Assembly: GCA_036522335.1 (NCBI GenBank)
Contig: DATDGA010000192.1
Coordinates: 1 to 39,527, forward strand
DNA length: 39,527 nucleotides
Direction: 5' to 3'
Source of the DNA: Burkholderiales bacterium
GTDB lineage: Bacteria; Pseudomonadota; Gammaproteobacteria; Burkholderiales; SG8-39
This document shows positions 29,809 through 36,845 of this stretch, piece by piece. Under the pieces are notes generated by a model that saw only the letters and a list, made by a program, of their open reading frames with translations, was not told where the DNA came from and did no database searches. The position numbers were made by a program, and so were the translations under genes. Every line of letters begins with the position of its first letter. Positions within the stretch are counted from its first letter, which is position 1.

Positions 29809-30363
29809 TTGCCAGGTAAGACATCGAACGCGCGGTCAACCGCGGCTATCGACTGGCCTGCCGCGATCTATCGCGCGCTCAAATCGCAGCGCGTGCGGCA
29901 AGTCTCATATGTGCCCGATGCGGGTCACAAGCGCCTGATCGACCTGTGCCACGCAGACAGGGACATGGCGGTCGTCCCGCTCACAACGGAGGAGGAGGGC
30001 ATCGGCCTGGCGGCTGGCGCCTGGCTGGGCGGTGAGCGCGCCACGCTCCTCATGCAATCGAGCGGTGTCGGCAACTGTATCAATACGCTGACCCTCGCTT
30101 CGAATTGCGGCTTTCCGTTGCTGATTGTGGTGACGATGCGCGGTGAATGGGGCGAGTTCAATCCGTGGCAGATTCCGATGGGACAGACGACGCCGGATGT
30201 CCTGCGGTTAAGCGGGGTGCGCACACTCCGGCTTGAACGCGCGGAAGACGCCCTTGCCACCGTGACTGCCGCAGCGAGACTCGCTTTTGAAGGCTACGCC
30301 GCGGCGGCGGTCCTCATCGGCCAGCGCATGATTGGTACGAAAACTTTCGAGGACAAACCTTGA
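29809..30363 (+). CDS. TPP-dependent decarboxylase, alpha (N-terminal pyrimidine-binding) subunit, sulfopyruvate/phosphonopyruvate decarboxylase family
   Basis: 184 aa. VSYVPDAG...PLTTEEEGIGLAAGAWLGGERATLLMQSSGVGNCIN is typical of ComD-like subunits. TTG start after GGGAGGA. Its stop overlaps the next gene's start. Confidence 0.78.
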   Translation: MPGKTSNARSTAAIDWPAAIYRALKSQRVRQVSYVPDAGHKRLIDLCHADRDMAVVPLTTEEEGIGLAAGAWLGGERATLLMQSSGVGNCINTLTLASNCGFPLLIVVTMRGEWGEFNPWQIPMGQTTPDVLRLSGVRTLRLERAEDALATVTAAARLAFEGYAAAAVLIGQRMIGTKTFEDKP

Positions 30364-30953
30364 CCGCCCCGCAGCTCGATCGACGCAAGATCGTTCGCGC
30401 GCTGCTCGATCGGCGCGGAGGACTTCTCGTCGTCGCCGGGCTGGGTTCGGCCGCGTGGGACTGCACAGCAGCCGGCGATGATCCGCTGACCTTCCCTCTC
30501 TGGGGAGCAATGGGCTCGGCGTGCATGATGGGACTGGGGCTCGCGCTGGCGCAGCCTGCACGCCGCGTCCTCGTCGTTACCGGGGACGGCGAGATGTTGA
30601 TGGGCATGGGAAGTCTCGCCACTATCGGCTCGCAACGTCCGCGCAATCTTGCCGTCGTAGTCCTCGACAACGAGCGCTACGGCGAGACCGGTATGCAAGA
30701 AACGCATACCGCTCACGGGGTCGATCTTGCCGCGGTCGCTCGGGCGTGCGGGTTCGCCGACGCGCGCATCGTTCGAAGCAACTCCGAGATCGCGCCTCTA
30801 CGGGCGGCGGTGTATCGGGGCAGGGGCCCGCTCTTCTTTCAGGTGAAGGTACGGCCCGAGACTTTGCCGCTCGTTCTGCCGCCTCGAGACGGCGCCCATT
30901 TGAAGCACCGTTTCCGCGAGGCTCTCCTCGGCAAGAAAGCCGCGACGGCCTGA
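30360..30953 (+). CDS. TPP-dependent decarboxylase, beta (diphosphate-binding) subunit, sulfopyruvate/phosphonopyruvate decarboxylase family
   Basis: 197 aa. TPP-binding motif VTGDGEMLMGMGSLATIG...VVVLDNERYGETG. The TTG start overlaps the alpha-subunit TGA (cTTGAcc). Confidence 0.78.
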   Translation: MTAPQLDRRKIVRALLDRRGGLLVVAGLGSAAWDCTAAGDDPLTFPLWGAMGSACMMGLGLALAQPARRVLVVTGDGEMLMGMGSLATIGSQRPRNLAVVVLDNERYGETGMQETHTAHGVDLAAVARACGFADARIVRSNSEIAPLRAAVYRGRGPLFFQVKVRPETLPLVLPPRDGAHLKHRFREALLGKKAATA

Positions 30954-30970
30954 CCGCCGCGGCCCCGCAA

Positions 30971-31963
30971 TCATTGCTCCATCGCGTTCGCCGCAAAGAT
31001 CTCCTCGAGGTCCAACAGCCGCGGTGTCAGACCCTGCTCGTGCGAGTAGCGCGCGGCAGTTTCGAGGACTTTGCGGTTACCCTTGATGCCGTGTTGCACG
31101 AGCGGCGCGCGGAGCGCTTCTCCCGCTTCGCGCGACAGCAGACCCGAGGCAAGGTGATAGTGAACGTGCTCCAGACGCTCACGGTTCGCGATTTCGTTCG
31201 CGCGTTCGAACGCCTTGTGTAGATTCAGTACGACCCATGGGTGTTTCTCGACGATCTCTCTGCGAATCACCATTCCGTGGTTGATGGGAAAAATGCCGGT
31301 CTTGCGGTAATAGCGGATGCCTTCGGCCAACGGATCTGGAAAGAGCGATTTGATGTCCGCATGATTCCACAGGTCGGCGGTGCTCCTATCCACGAGGTTG
31401 GGATCCACGAGATAGTGGATGGCCGCCTCGAGTTCCCCCGAGAGCATCATCGATCCGAGGTTCTTCTCGGGAGGGATCTGGTGGATGGTCACGCCGGGCG
31501 GTGGTGTGAAACCCATCGCGCCGCGATGGCTGTGCGACGGAGTCCGCTCCATCCAGAACTGCATGTCCCTCGGCGCGACGCCGAACTCGTGCTCGAGCAC
31601 CCCGCGCGTCCACAGCGCGGCAGTCTGCTGGTACTCGGGAACGCCGACGCGCCGCCCCTTCAGGTCGCCGGGCTGTTCGATGCCGGAATCCTTTCTCACC
31701 AGGATTTCCGCGTGGAAGAATTTTCTGGTGGTGAAGATCGGCAGGCCGACCCAACGCTCGTCGCCCTTCGATTTGGCCATCAAGAGCGAGGAAAACGACA
31801 TTTCAGAGACATCGAAATCGGCAAAGCGCAGCTGCCGCCAGAACAACTCGGACGGATGCACCGGGCTCGGAATGAGTGCAATCCCATCCGGTTTGACTTT
31901 GCCGTCGAAAATCGGCCAAGTCCTCGGATTGGAAGCCATCGCAATGCTGAGCGGAATGTTCAC
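30971..31963 (-). CDS. PhtD-like (4,5-dihydroxyphthalate decarboxylase family) protein with a periplasmic-binding-protein type 2 fold and no signal peptide
   Basis: The GTG at 31963 is preceded by AAGGAG at 5-nt spacing. Motifs: IPLSIAMASNPRTWPIFDGKVKPDGI, FDVSEMSFSS, LPIFTTRKFFH, DLKGRRVGVPEYQQTAALWTRGVL. The upstream 102 codons of the track ORF are an over-extension. Confidence 0.72.
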   Translation of the reverse strand: MNIPLSIAMASNPRTWPIFDGKVKPDGIALIPSPVHPSELFWRQLRFADFDVSEMSFSSLLMAKSKGDERWVGLPIFTTRKFFHAEILVRKDSGIEQPGDLKGRRVGVPEYQQTAALWTRGVLEHEFGVAPRDMQFWMERTPSHSHRGAMGFTPPPGVTIHQIPPEKNLGSMMLSGELEAAIHYLVDPNLVDRSTADLWNHADIKSLFPDPLAEGIRYYRKTGIFPINHGMVIRREIVEKHPWVVLNLHKAFERANEIANRERLEHVHYHLASGLLSREAGEALRAPLVQHGIKGNRKVLETAARYSHEQGLTPRLLDLEEIFAANAMEQ

Positions 31964-32009
31964 GGTCGCTCCTTTGGGAGAAGTGTACCGGGAAATTCCT
32001 GCGCGGAAG

Positions 32010-32039
32010 CTGACACAAAGCCGGGCGCTGCCATAGAAT
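32010..32039 (+). promoter_or_regulatory. Candidate sigma70-type promoter for the trypsin-PDZ gene
   Basis: CTGACA (32010-32015), an 18-nt spacer, then TAGAAT (32034-32039), about 28 nt before the ATG at 32067. Identified by eye only. Confidence 0.35.
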
Positions 32040-32066
32040 GAACGCCAGGAATCGAGCCCGTATCCC

Positions 32067-33041
32067 ATGGCGGACCTGAGTAACTGGGCGTTTCCGCCCG
32101 AGATGCAACCTAGTGCCGAGGAAGCGCGCTTTGACCTCGAGGCGGCTCTGGACTCGGTGGTTCTGTTGCGTGCCGAAGTCCCTGAAGATGCATTCACGGC
32201 CGGGATACTCGGCACGGAACGGGTCGGCAACGGCGTCGTCATTCGCGATGACGGGCTCGTTCTCACCATCGGCTATTTGGTCACCGAAGCCTCTACTCTG
32301 TGGCTGAACACGAACAGGGGTAACGCCGTTCCGGGCCACGCTATCGCCTATGATCAGCCGACCGGATTCGGACTGGTGCAGGCCTTGGGAAAGCTGAATG
32401 TTCCGGCGCTTGCGCTGGGCAATTCCGCGTCGTGCAGTGTCGGCGAGGATGTAGTGGTGGCAGGTCACGGCGGCCGCAGGCACTCGCTCAGGGCAAAACT
32501 CATCGCCAAGCGCGAATTCGCGGGTTACTGGGAATACGTGCTCGATGAAGCGCTCTTCACCGCCCCGGCGCATCCGCACTGGAGCGGCGCTGCGTTGATC
32601 GATTCTGAAGGAAAGCTGCTTGGCATAGGCTCGTTGATGGTTCAGGAAGAATTGGGCGGCCGCACCGTGCAGGGAAACATGATGGTGCCTATAGATCTCC
32701 TTGAGCCGATTCTCGACGACATGCTCAAGCTCGGCCGCGCGAAGCGTCCTGCGCGCCCTTGGCTCGGCCTGTATGCGACCGAAGTCGAGGGGCACGTCGT
32801 TGTTTCGGGCCTTGCGAGCGGCTGTCCGGCGGAACGCGCCGGGGTGCAGGTGGGCGACATCGTGATCGAGGTTGCGGGAAACCGAGTCAGCGGTCTCGCC
32901 GATCTCTTTCGAAGGATCTGGACGATCGGCCCGGCAGGCGTCGAAGTACCTCTCACCTTGGTGCGCGAGGGTTCCGTGTCGCGAGTCGCCGCCTCCTCCG
33001 CTGACCGCCAGACCTTGCTGAAAAAGCCGTCTTTGCACTGA
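32067..33041 (+). CDS. Trypsin-like (S1C/HtrA-like) domain plus PDZ domain protein, cytoplasmic, apparently with a degenerate catalytic triad
   Basis: GNGVVIRDDGLVLTIGYLV aligns to GSGxxx..GxxxTNxHV. TGFGLVQA aligns to SDIALxxI. HWSGAALIDSEGKLLGI aligns to GNSGGALxN..GxxxGI. PDZ domain: PWLGLY...VSGLASGCPAERAGVQVGDIVIEVAG. No signal peptide. Confidence 0.75.
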   Translation: MADLSNWAFPPEMQPSAEEARFDLEAALDSVVLLRAEVPEDAFTAGILGTERVGNGVVIRDDGLVLTIGYLVTEASTLWLNTNRGNAVPGHAIAYDQPTGFGLVQALGKLNVPALALGNSASCSVGEDVVVAGHGGRRHSLRAKLIAKREFAGYWEYVLDEALFTAPAHPHWSGAALIDSEGKLLGIGSLMVQEELGGRTVQGNMMVPIDLLEPILDDMLKLGRAKRPARPWLGLYATEVEGHVVVSGLASGCPAERAGVQVGDIVIEVAGNRVSGLADLFRRIWTIGPAGVEVPLTLVREGSVSRVAASSADRQTLLKKPSLH

Positions 33042-33148
33042 ACGTAGATTGGGGCGAGTCTCAAAGCGGATACAGCTCAATTGCTGTCGTGAATTGAACT
33101 TCGGTGGAGAGCAGTTTCATGAATCCGGCAGACTAGCGCGACAGTGCG

Positions 33149-33835
33149 ATGGAGAACCGGCAGCATGATCTGATGCGCCAGCGGATGATCGCCGAGATTG
33201 TGGCCGACACCGTGTTCCTCACGGCGCAGCTCGGAAAATCCGCGTTCGCCCCACGGGTGATCGAAGTGATGGGCAGCGTCCCCCGACACGAATTCGTGCC
33301 CCCGGACCTGCAAGCGTACGCCTATCTCAACTCTCCGCTGCCGGTCGGTTACGGCAAGACGATCTCGCAACCTTTCATCGTCGCGCTCATGACCGATCTG
33401 CTCGAGCCCCGGCCGGAGGACGTGACGCTCGAGGTTGGCGCCGGTGTCGGTTATCAAGCCGCGGTACTCTCGAAACTCGTGAATCGAGTCTACAGCATCG
33501 AGCTCATCGAGGAGCTCGCTCTCGACACCCGGCGAAGGCTGCGGGACCTCGGGTACCGCAACATCGAGATAGGCGTCGGCAACGGCTACTACGGTTGGGC
33601 CGAGCACGCACCCTTCGACAAGATCGTCGTTACCGCCGCCCCTGACCTGATTCCGCCGCCGCTCCTCGCGCAGCTCAAGCCCGGCGGCAGAATGGTGATC
33701 CCGACCGGGATTCCGGAGAAACAGCATCTCGTGCTCGTGGAGAAATCCGAGAGCGGCAAACTTGCCACGAGGGAAGTGTTGCCGGTGCGCTTTTCCGAAC
33801 TCGATGAGGGCGGAGATTTCGCCGGCGCAGCGTGA
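33149..33835 (+). CDS. pcm: Protein-L-isoaspartate(D-aspartate) O-methyltransferase
   Basis: VPRHEFVP, GYGKTISQPFIVALMT, SAM motif LEVGAGVGYQAAVLS, YGWAEHAPFDKIVVTAA, GGRMVIP. Confidence 0.88.
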   Translation: MENRQHDLMRQRMIAEIVADTVFLTAQLGKSAFAPRVIEVMGSVPRHEFVPPDLQAYAYLNSPLPVGYGKTISQPFIVALMTDLLEPRPEDVTLEVGAGVGYQAAVLSKLVNRVYSIELIEELALDTRRRLRDLGYRNIEIGVGNGYYGWAEHAPFDKIVVTAAPDLIPPPLLAQLKPGGRMVIPTGIPEKQHLVLVEKSESGKLATREVLPVRFSELDEGGDFAGAA

Positions 33836-33849
33836 AGCCCGCAACAATT

Positions 33850-33900
33850 CCAGCCGCGGACTGAAATCGTCCGACTCTGACCTCTTACTCTCTCGGCTGG
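33850..33900. terminator. Compound inverted repeat between convergent genes (possible bidirectional terminator, no clear U-tract)
   Basis: Outer arms: CCAGCCG (33850-33856) and CGGCTGG (33894-33900). Inner hairpin: CGGAC (33857-33861) and GTCCG (33869-33873). Confidence 0.3.
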
Positions 33901-33904
33901 AAAG

Positions 33905-33967
33905 CTAGCGGCGGGCGAAGTACTTGCGCCAGGGTTTCCAGTAATACTCCTTCCAGCCTTTGTTCAC
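33905..33967 (-). CDS. Candidate 20-codon aromatic/basic mini-ORF (V/M)NKGWKEYYWKPWRKYFARR
   Basis: A GTG-initiated ORF 41 nt downstream of the MBL hydrolase stop, on the same strand. 17 of 20 third codon positions are G/C. No proper Shine-Dalgarno spacing. It could instead be the vestigial C-terminus of a lost gene. Confidence 0.25.
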   Translation of the reverse strand: MNKGWKEYYWKPWRKYFARR

Positions 33968-34008
33968 CCCTGACTACTCGCGGCACGATGCTCTCCCTCT
34001 TCCTGCTT

Positions 34009-34908
34009 CTATTTCTTCCGCGGTGCGAGCCCGTTGTAGACGATCTCGACGAATGCTTCGGGCTTCCTGAATTTGCCCCATTCCTCGTCGAATTCGCGCG
34101 TGGGTTTCGCCGCGAGCACCTGCTCGAGCGACTTGCCGGCCTTCGCCATAGGCTCGATTCTTCCGACGACTGTCGCGATCATCTTGCGATAGGCGAGCAC
34201 GTCCTTCTTGCGCGAGAGTCCGCCGTGACCCGGAATGACCTTGGTGTTGTCGTCGAGCAATTTCAGCAGGATGTCGGTCGCACGGATTACGCCCTTCACC
34301 GAGCCGCCGCTTTCAGGGTCGATGAACGGGTAGCGGTAGGAGGCGAAAACGTCGCCGGTGTGAACCACGTTCGCCTTGCGGAACTGCACGTACGAGTCTC
34401 CGTCGGTGTGAGCGGGCGGCAGATGGTACGCAGTGACGTCGTCGCCGTTCAGATGAAGCGTCGCCGTATCGTTGAAGGTAATGATAGGCAGCGCCGCCTT
34501 CGACGCGGGCGCATAGTTCTGCTTCAGCATCTGGATCACGCCGCCGGCCGACAGGCGCTTGTAGACGTTATCCTGCGCGACGATGACGACCCCGGCCTTA
34601 CCTAGGTTCTCGTTGCCGCCGGTGTGGTCGCCGTGCCAGTGCGTGTTGATGAGGAAGCGGACTGGCTTGTCCGAGATCTCCTTCACAGCGGCGAGGATCT
34701 TTGGTGTGAGCGGCGCGTACTGATCATCGATGAGGAACACACCGTCTTCACCCGCCGAGACCCCGATATTGCCGCCTTCCCCCTCCAGTATGTAGACGCC
34801 CTCGGCCACCTTCGTGGTTTTGATCTGTACGGCGTCGAAATTGCGCTGTTGTGCCTGAGCGCCAAAGCTCAGAGCCGCCGTTGCCAACACTACCAGTGCT
34901 TTTTTCAT
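34009..34908 (-). CDS. Exported MBL-fold metallo-hydrolase
   Basis: The ATG at 34908 follows GGAGG. Signal peptide MKKALVVLATAALSFGAQA. Metal motifs THWHGDHTGGN, HTDGD, HTGD, PGHG. The 620-aa track ORF is an over-extension running through the upstream gene in another frame. Confidence 0.85.
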   Translation of the reverse strand: MKKALVVLATAALSFGAQAQQRNFDAVQIKTTKVAEGVYILEGEGGNIGVSAGEDGVFLIDDQYAPLTPKILAAVKEISDKPVRFLINTHWHGDHTGGNENLGKAGVVIVAQDNVYKRLSAGGVIQMLKQNYAPASKAALPIITFNDTATLHLNGDDVTAYHLPPAHTDGDSYVQFRKANVVHTGDVFASYRYPFIDPESGGSVKGVIRATDILLKLLDDNTKVIPGHGGLSRKKDVLAYRKMIATVVGRIEPMAKAGKSLEQVLAAKPTREFDEEWGKFRKPEAFVEIVYNGLAPRKK

Positions 34909-35684
34909 GCCGCCTCCTTTTCGTCGTCCCATGCCTTGTCGGGCAGCGGCAGCCCTGCAAGGTCTTGCGCCGTGAGCCTGCGGTCGGGCTCGATGTTCAG
35001 TGTATCGAGTATCAACATCAGCTGGCGCGTGTGCTGGGTAGGGTGCCAAGTGGTGCGCTCGAGCACCACGTGAATCGAATGGCGGCCGAAGTAGGTGTTC
35101 ATCTCGCTCGAGCAGGAGCGGTCCGAAAGTCCCGCCCACCAGTCGTTGACGCGCGCGAGCACGCCCTCGCCGAAGCGCGCGATGTCTTCGCCTGAGCGAA
35201 GCCCCGGCGCCTCCTGCATGATCCGCTCGTAAGTCAGTTCTCGGCCGTCCTGCATCGACTCGAGGAACCCCTCGGGGATCCGGAATACGTGGTGCGCGAG
35301 AATGCGGATCGGCCGATTGCGGTTGCGGAACGGCTTTTCCAGGCACTCGGACGGGATCTGCCTCACGTATCTCGCCGCGGCGGGGAGGACTATGTTGAGC
35401 TTGCCGATCAGCTCCGCGGGGCTCAGCCGATCCTGCAGCTTCACCTTCAGGTCGAGGAACTTGATGACGTCGGTGAGCGTCTGCGCGAAGACGAACCGGT
35501 CGCCGCGCGAGACGACGGGCACGCTGCGCGCGCCGAGCTTGCGCAGCTCTTCCATTCCGGCGGGATTGCCGTGGACGTTGATCGACTCGTAGTCCACACC
35601 GCTCTTGGTGAGGAACTCCTTGGTCCGCAGGCAACTCGTGCACCCGGGTTGCCAGAAGACTTTGACTCTTTCGGCTGAAAGCAT
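34905..35684 (-). CDS. Glutaredoxin-like domain fused to a DinB-like helical-bundle domain
   Basis: ATG at 35684 (GGGAG 7 nt upstream). N-terminus VKVFWQPGCTSCLRTKEFL...SVPVVSRGD fits a Grx/NrdH fold with C-T-S-C. The C-terminal 170 aa have spaced His residues (AHHVFRIPEG ... TWHPTQHTRQL) as in DinB/YfiT-type proteins. The stop overlaps the MBL start (ATGA). Confidence 0.7.
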   Translation of the reverse strand: MLSAERVKVFWQPGCTSCLRTKEFLTKSGVDYESINVHGNPAGMEELRKLGARSVPVVSRGDRFVFAQTLTDVIKFLDLKVKLQDRLSPAELIGKLNIVLPAAARYVRQIPSECLEKPFRNRNRPIRILAHHVFRIPEGFLESMQDGRELTYERIMQEAPGLRSGEDIARFGEGVLARVNDWWAGLSDRSCSSEMNTYFGRHSIHVVLERTTWHPTQHTRQLMLILDTLNIEPDRRLTAQDLAGLPLPDKAWDDEKEAA

Positions 35685-35816
35685 GCTGGAACTCCCTAAA
35701 TCGGACCGGCGGCGTGTTCCCATCGTTCGCCGTAAACACGAGGATAACCCGCATGTTCCGACAAATCCATCGGGAGCGCCCGCGAAAGGAGAGACCCTTT
35801 TCACGTCCCTGACAAT

Positions 35817-35843
35817 CGGCCGTAGCGGCCGTTACGGCCTCCG
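35817..35843. repeat. Three imperfect tandem 9-mers: CGGCCGTAG CGGCCGTTA CGGCCTCCG
   Basis: Read directly from the sequence, in the divergent intergenic region between the grx-DinB gene and the first Bug gene. It also contains the inverted repeat GGCCGTA/TACGGCC. Confidence 0.6.
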
Positions 35844-35888
35844 GGCCGGTATGCGAGAATCGCCCGAACACGTGGAGGAGGGCGCTTG

Positions 35889-36845
35889 ATGAAGCGATGG
35901 ATTCTCGTCTTGGGAATAGCGGCGACTGCGTGCGCTTTCGCGCAGGATTTTCCGAGCCGCGCCGTAAAGATCATCGTTCCCTGGCCTCCGAGCGGCAACG
36001 TCGATATCACCGCACGCACCGTCGCACCGGCTTTTTCAGATGCCCTGGGCCAGCAGGTCATCGTCGAGAATCTCAGCGGCGCCGGTGGACGAATCGGCAC
36101 CGCGATGGTGGCCAAGTCGAGCGCCGACGGGTACACGCTCCTGCTCGGGTCGAGCGGCACCATCACCTCGGGCCCCGCAGTGTTCAAAAATATCAGCTAC
36201 GACCCCTTGAAGGACTTCGTCGCCATCGGCGCGATCCAGTCGGTGCCGATCGTGCTCACGGCGGCTCCGAAAACGCCGGTGTCCAGCTACAAGGAATTCG
36301 TTGCGCTTGCGAACGCGAAGCCGGGGCAAGTAAGCATAGCCTCCGCGGGCAACGGCTCGTCCAATCACCTTGCGATCGAGCTCTTGATGCGCCAGGCGAA
36401 CCTGAAGCTTCTGCACGTTCCCTACAAGGGCAGCGGTCCTGCGATCATCGATCTCCTCGGCAGCCAGGTCGATTCCATGATGGATCAGCTCACCGCATCG
36501 ATAGAGCACATACGAGGCGGGCGCCTGAAGGCGCTCGCGGTCAGCTCGAAAACGCGCTCGGCGCTGCTGCCGAACGTTCCGACGCTCGATGAGTCGGGGG
36601 TCGCCGGTTACGAAGCGAGCACCTTCACCGGCATATTCGCGCCCTCCGGTGTCCCCGCTACCGCCGCGGACAAGCTCTACACCGCACTGCGTCGCGCGCT
36701 CTCGAACGAAACCGTGCGCGAACGCTACCGTTCGGTGGGCGGGGAGGTCATGGACGTGAGCCGGACCGAGTTCGCCGCCTACGTGCGCGCCGATTTCGAG
36801 AAGTGGCGGACCATCGCGCGTGAGGGCAATATCGTGGTGGACTGA
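35889..36845 (+). CDS. Tripartite tricarboxylate transporter substrate-binding protein (Bug/TctC family)
   Basis: Signal peptide MKRWILVLGIAATACAFA. Bug-family pattern: QDFPSRAVKIIVPWPPSGNVD, VENLSGAGG, ADGYTLLL, NGSSNHL, HVPYKGSGPA. The ATG at 35889 follows GGAGGAGGG. Confidence 0.88.
   Translation: MKRWILVLGIAATACAFAQDFPSRAVKIIVPWPPSGNVDITARTVAPAFSDALGQQVIVENLSGAGGRIGTAMVAKSSADGYTLLLGSSGTITSGPAVFKNISYDPLKDFVAIGAIQSVPIVLTAAPKTPVSSYKEFVALANAKPGQVSIASAGNGSSNHLAIELLMRQANLKLLHVPYKGSGPAIIDLLGSQVDSMMDQLTASIEHIRGGRLKALAVSSKTRSALLPNVPTLDESGVAGYEASTFTGIFAPSGVPATAADKLYTALRRALSNETVRERYRSVGGEVMDVSRTEFAAYVRADFEKWRTIAREGNIVVD

Noticed and set aside
33129-33146. 5-codon upstream ORF (ATG AAT CCG GCA GAC TAG) with a GGAGA site before pcm
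   Set aside because: It is too short to evaluate, and the purine-rich site may simply be fortuitous. No supporting structure was seen.
34009-35871. 620-aa minus-strand ORF that looks like a single large protein
   Set aside because: Only the last 299 codons (from the ATG at 34908, with a GGAGG site and a signal peptide) resemble an MBL hydrolase. The upstream 320 codons overlap the grx-DinB gene in another frame and are Arg-rich nonsense.
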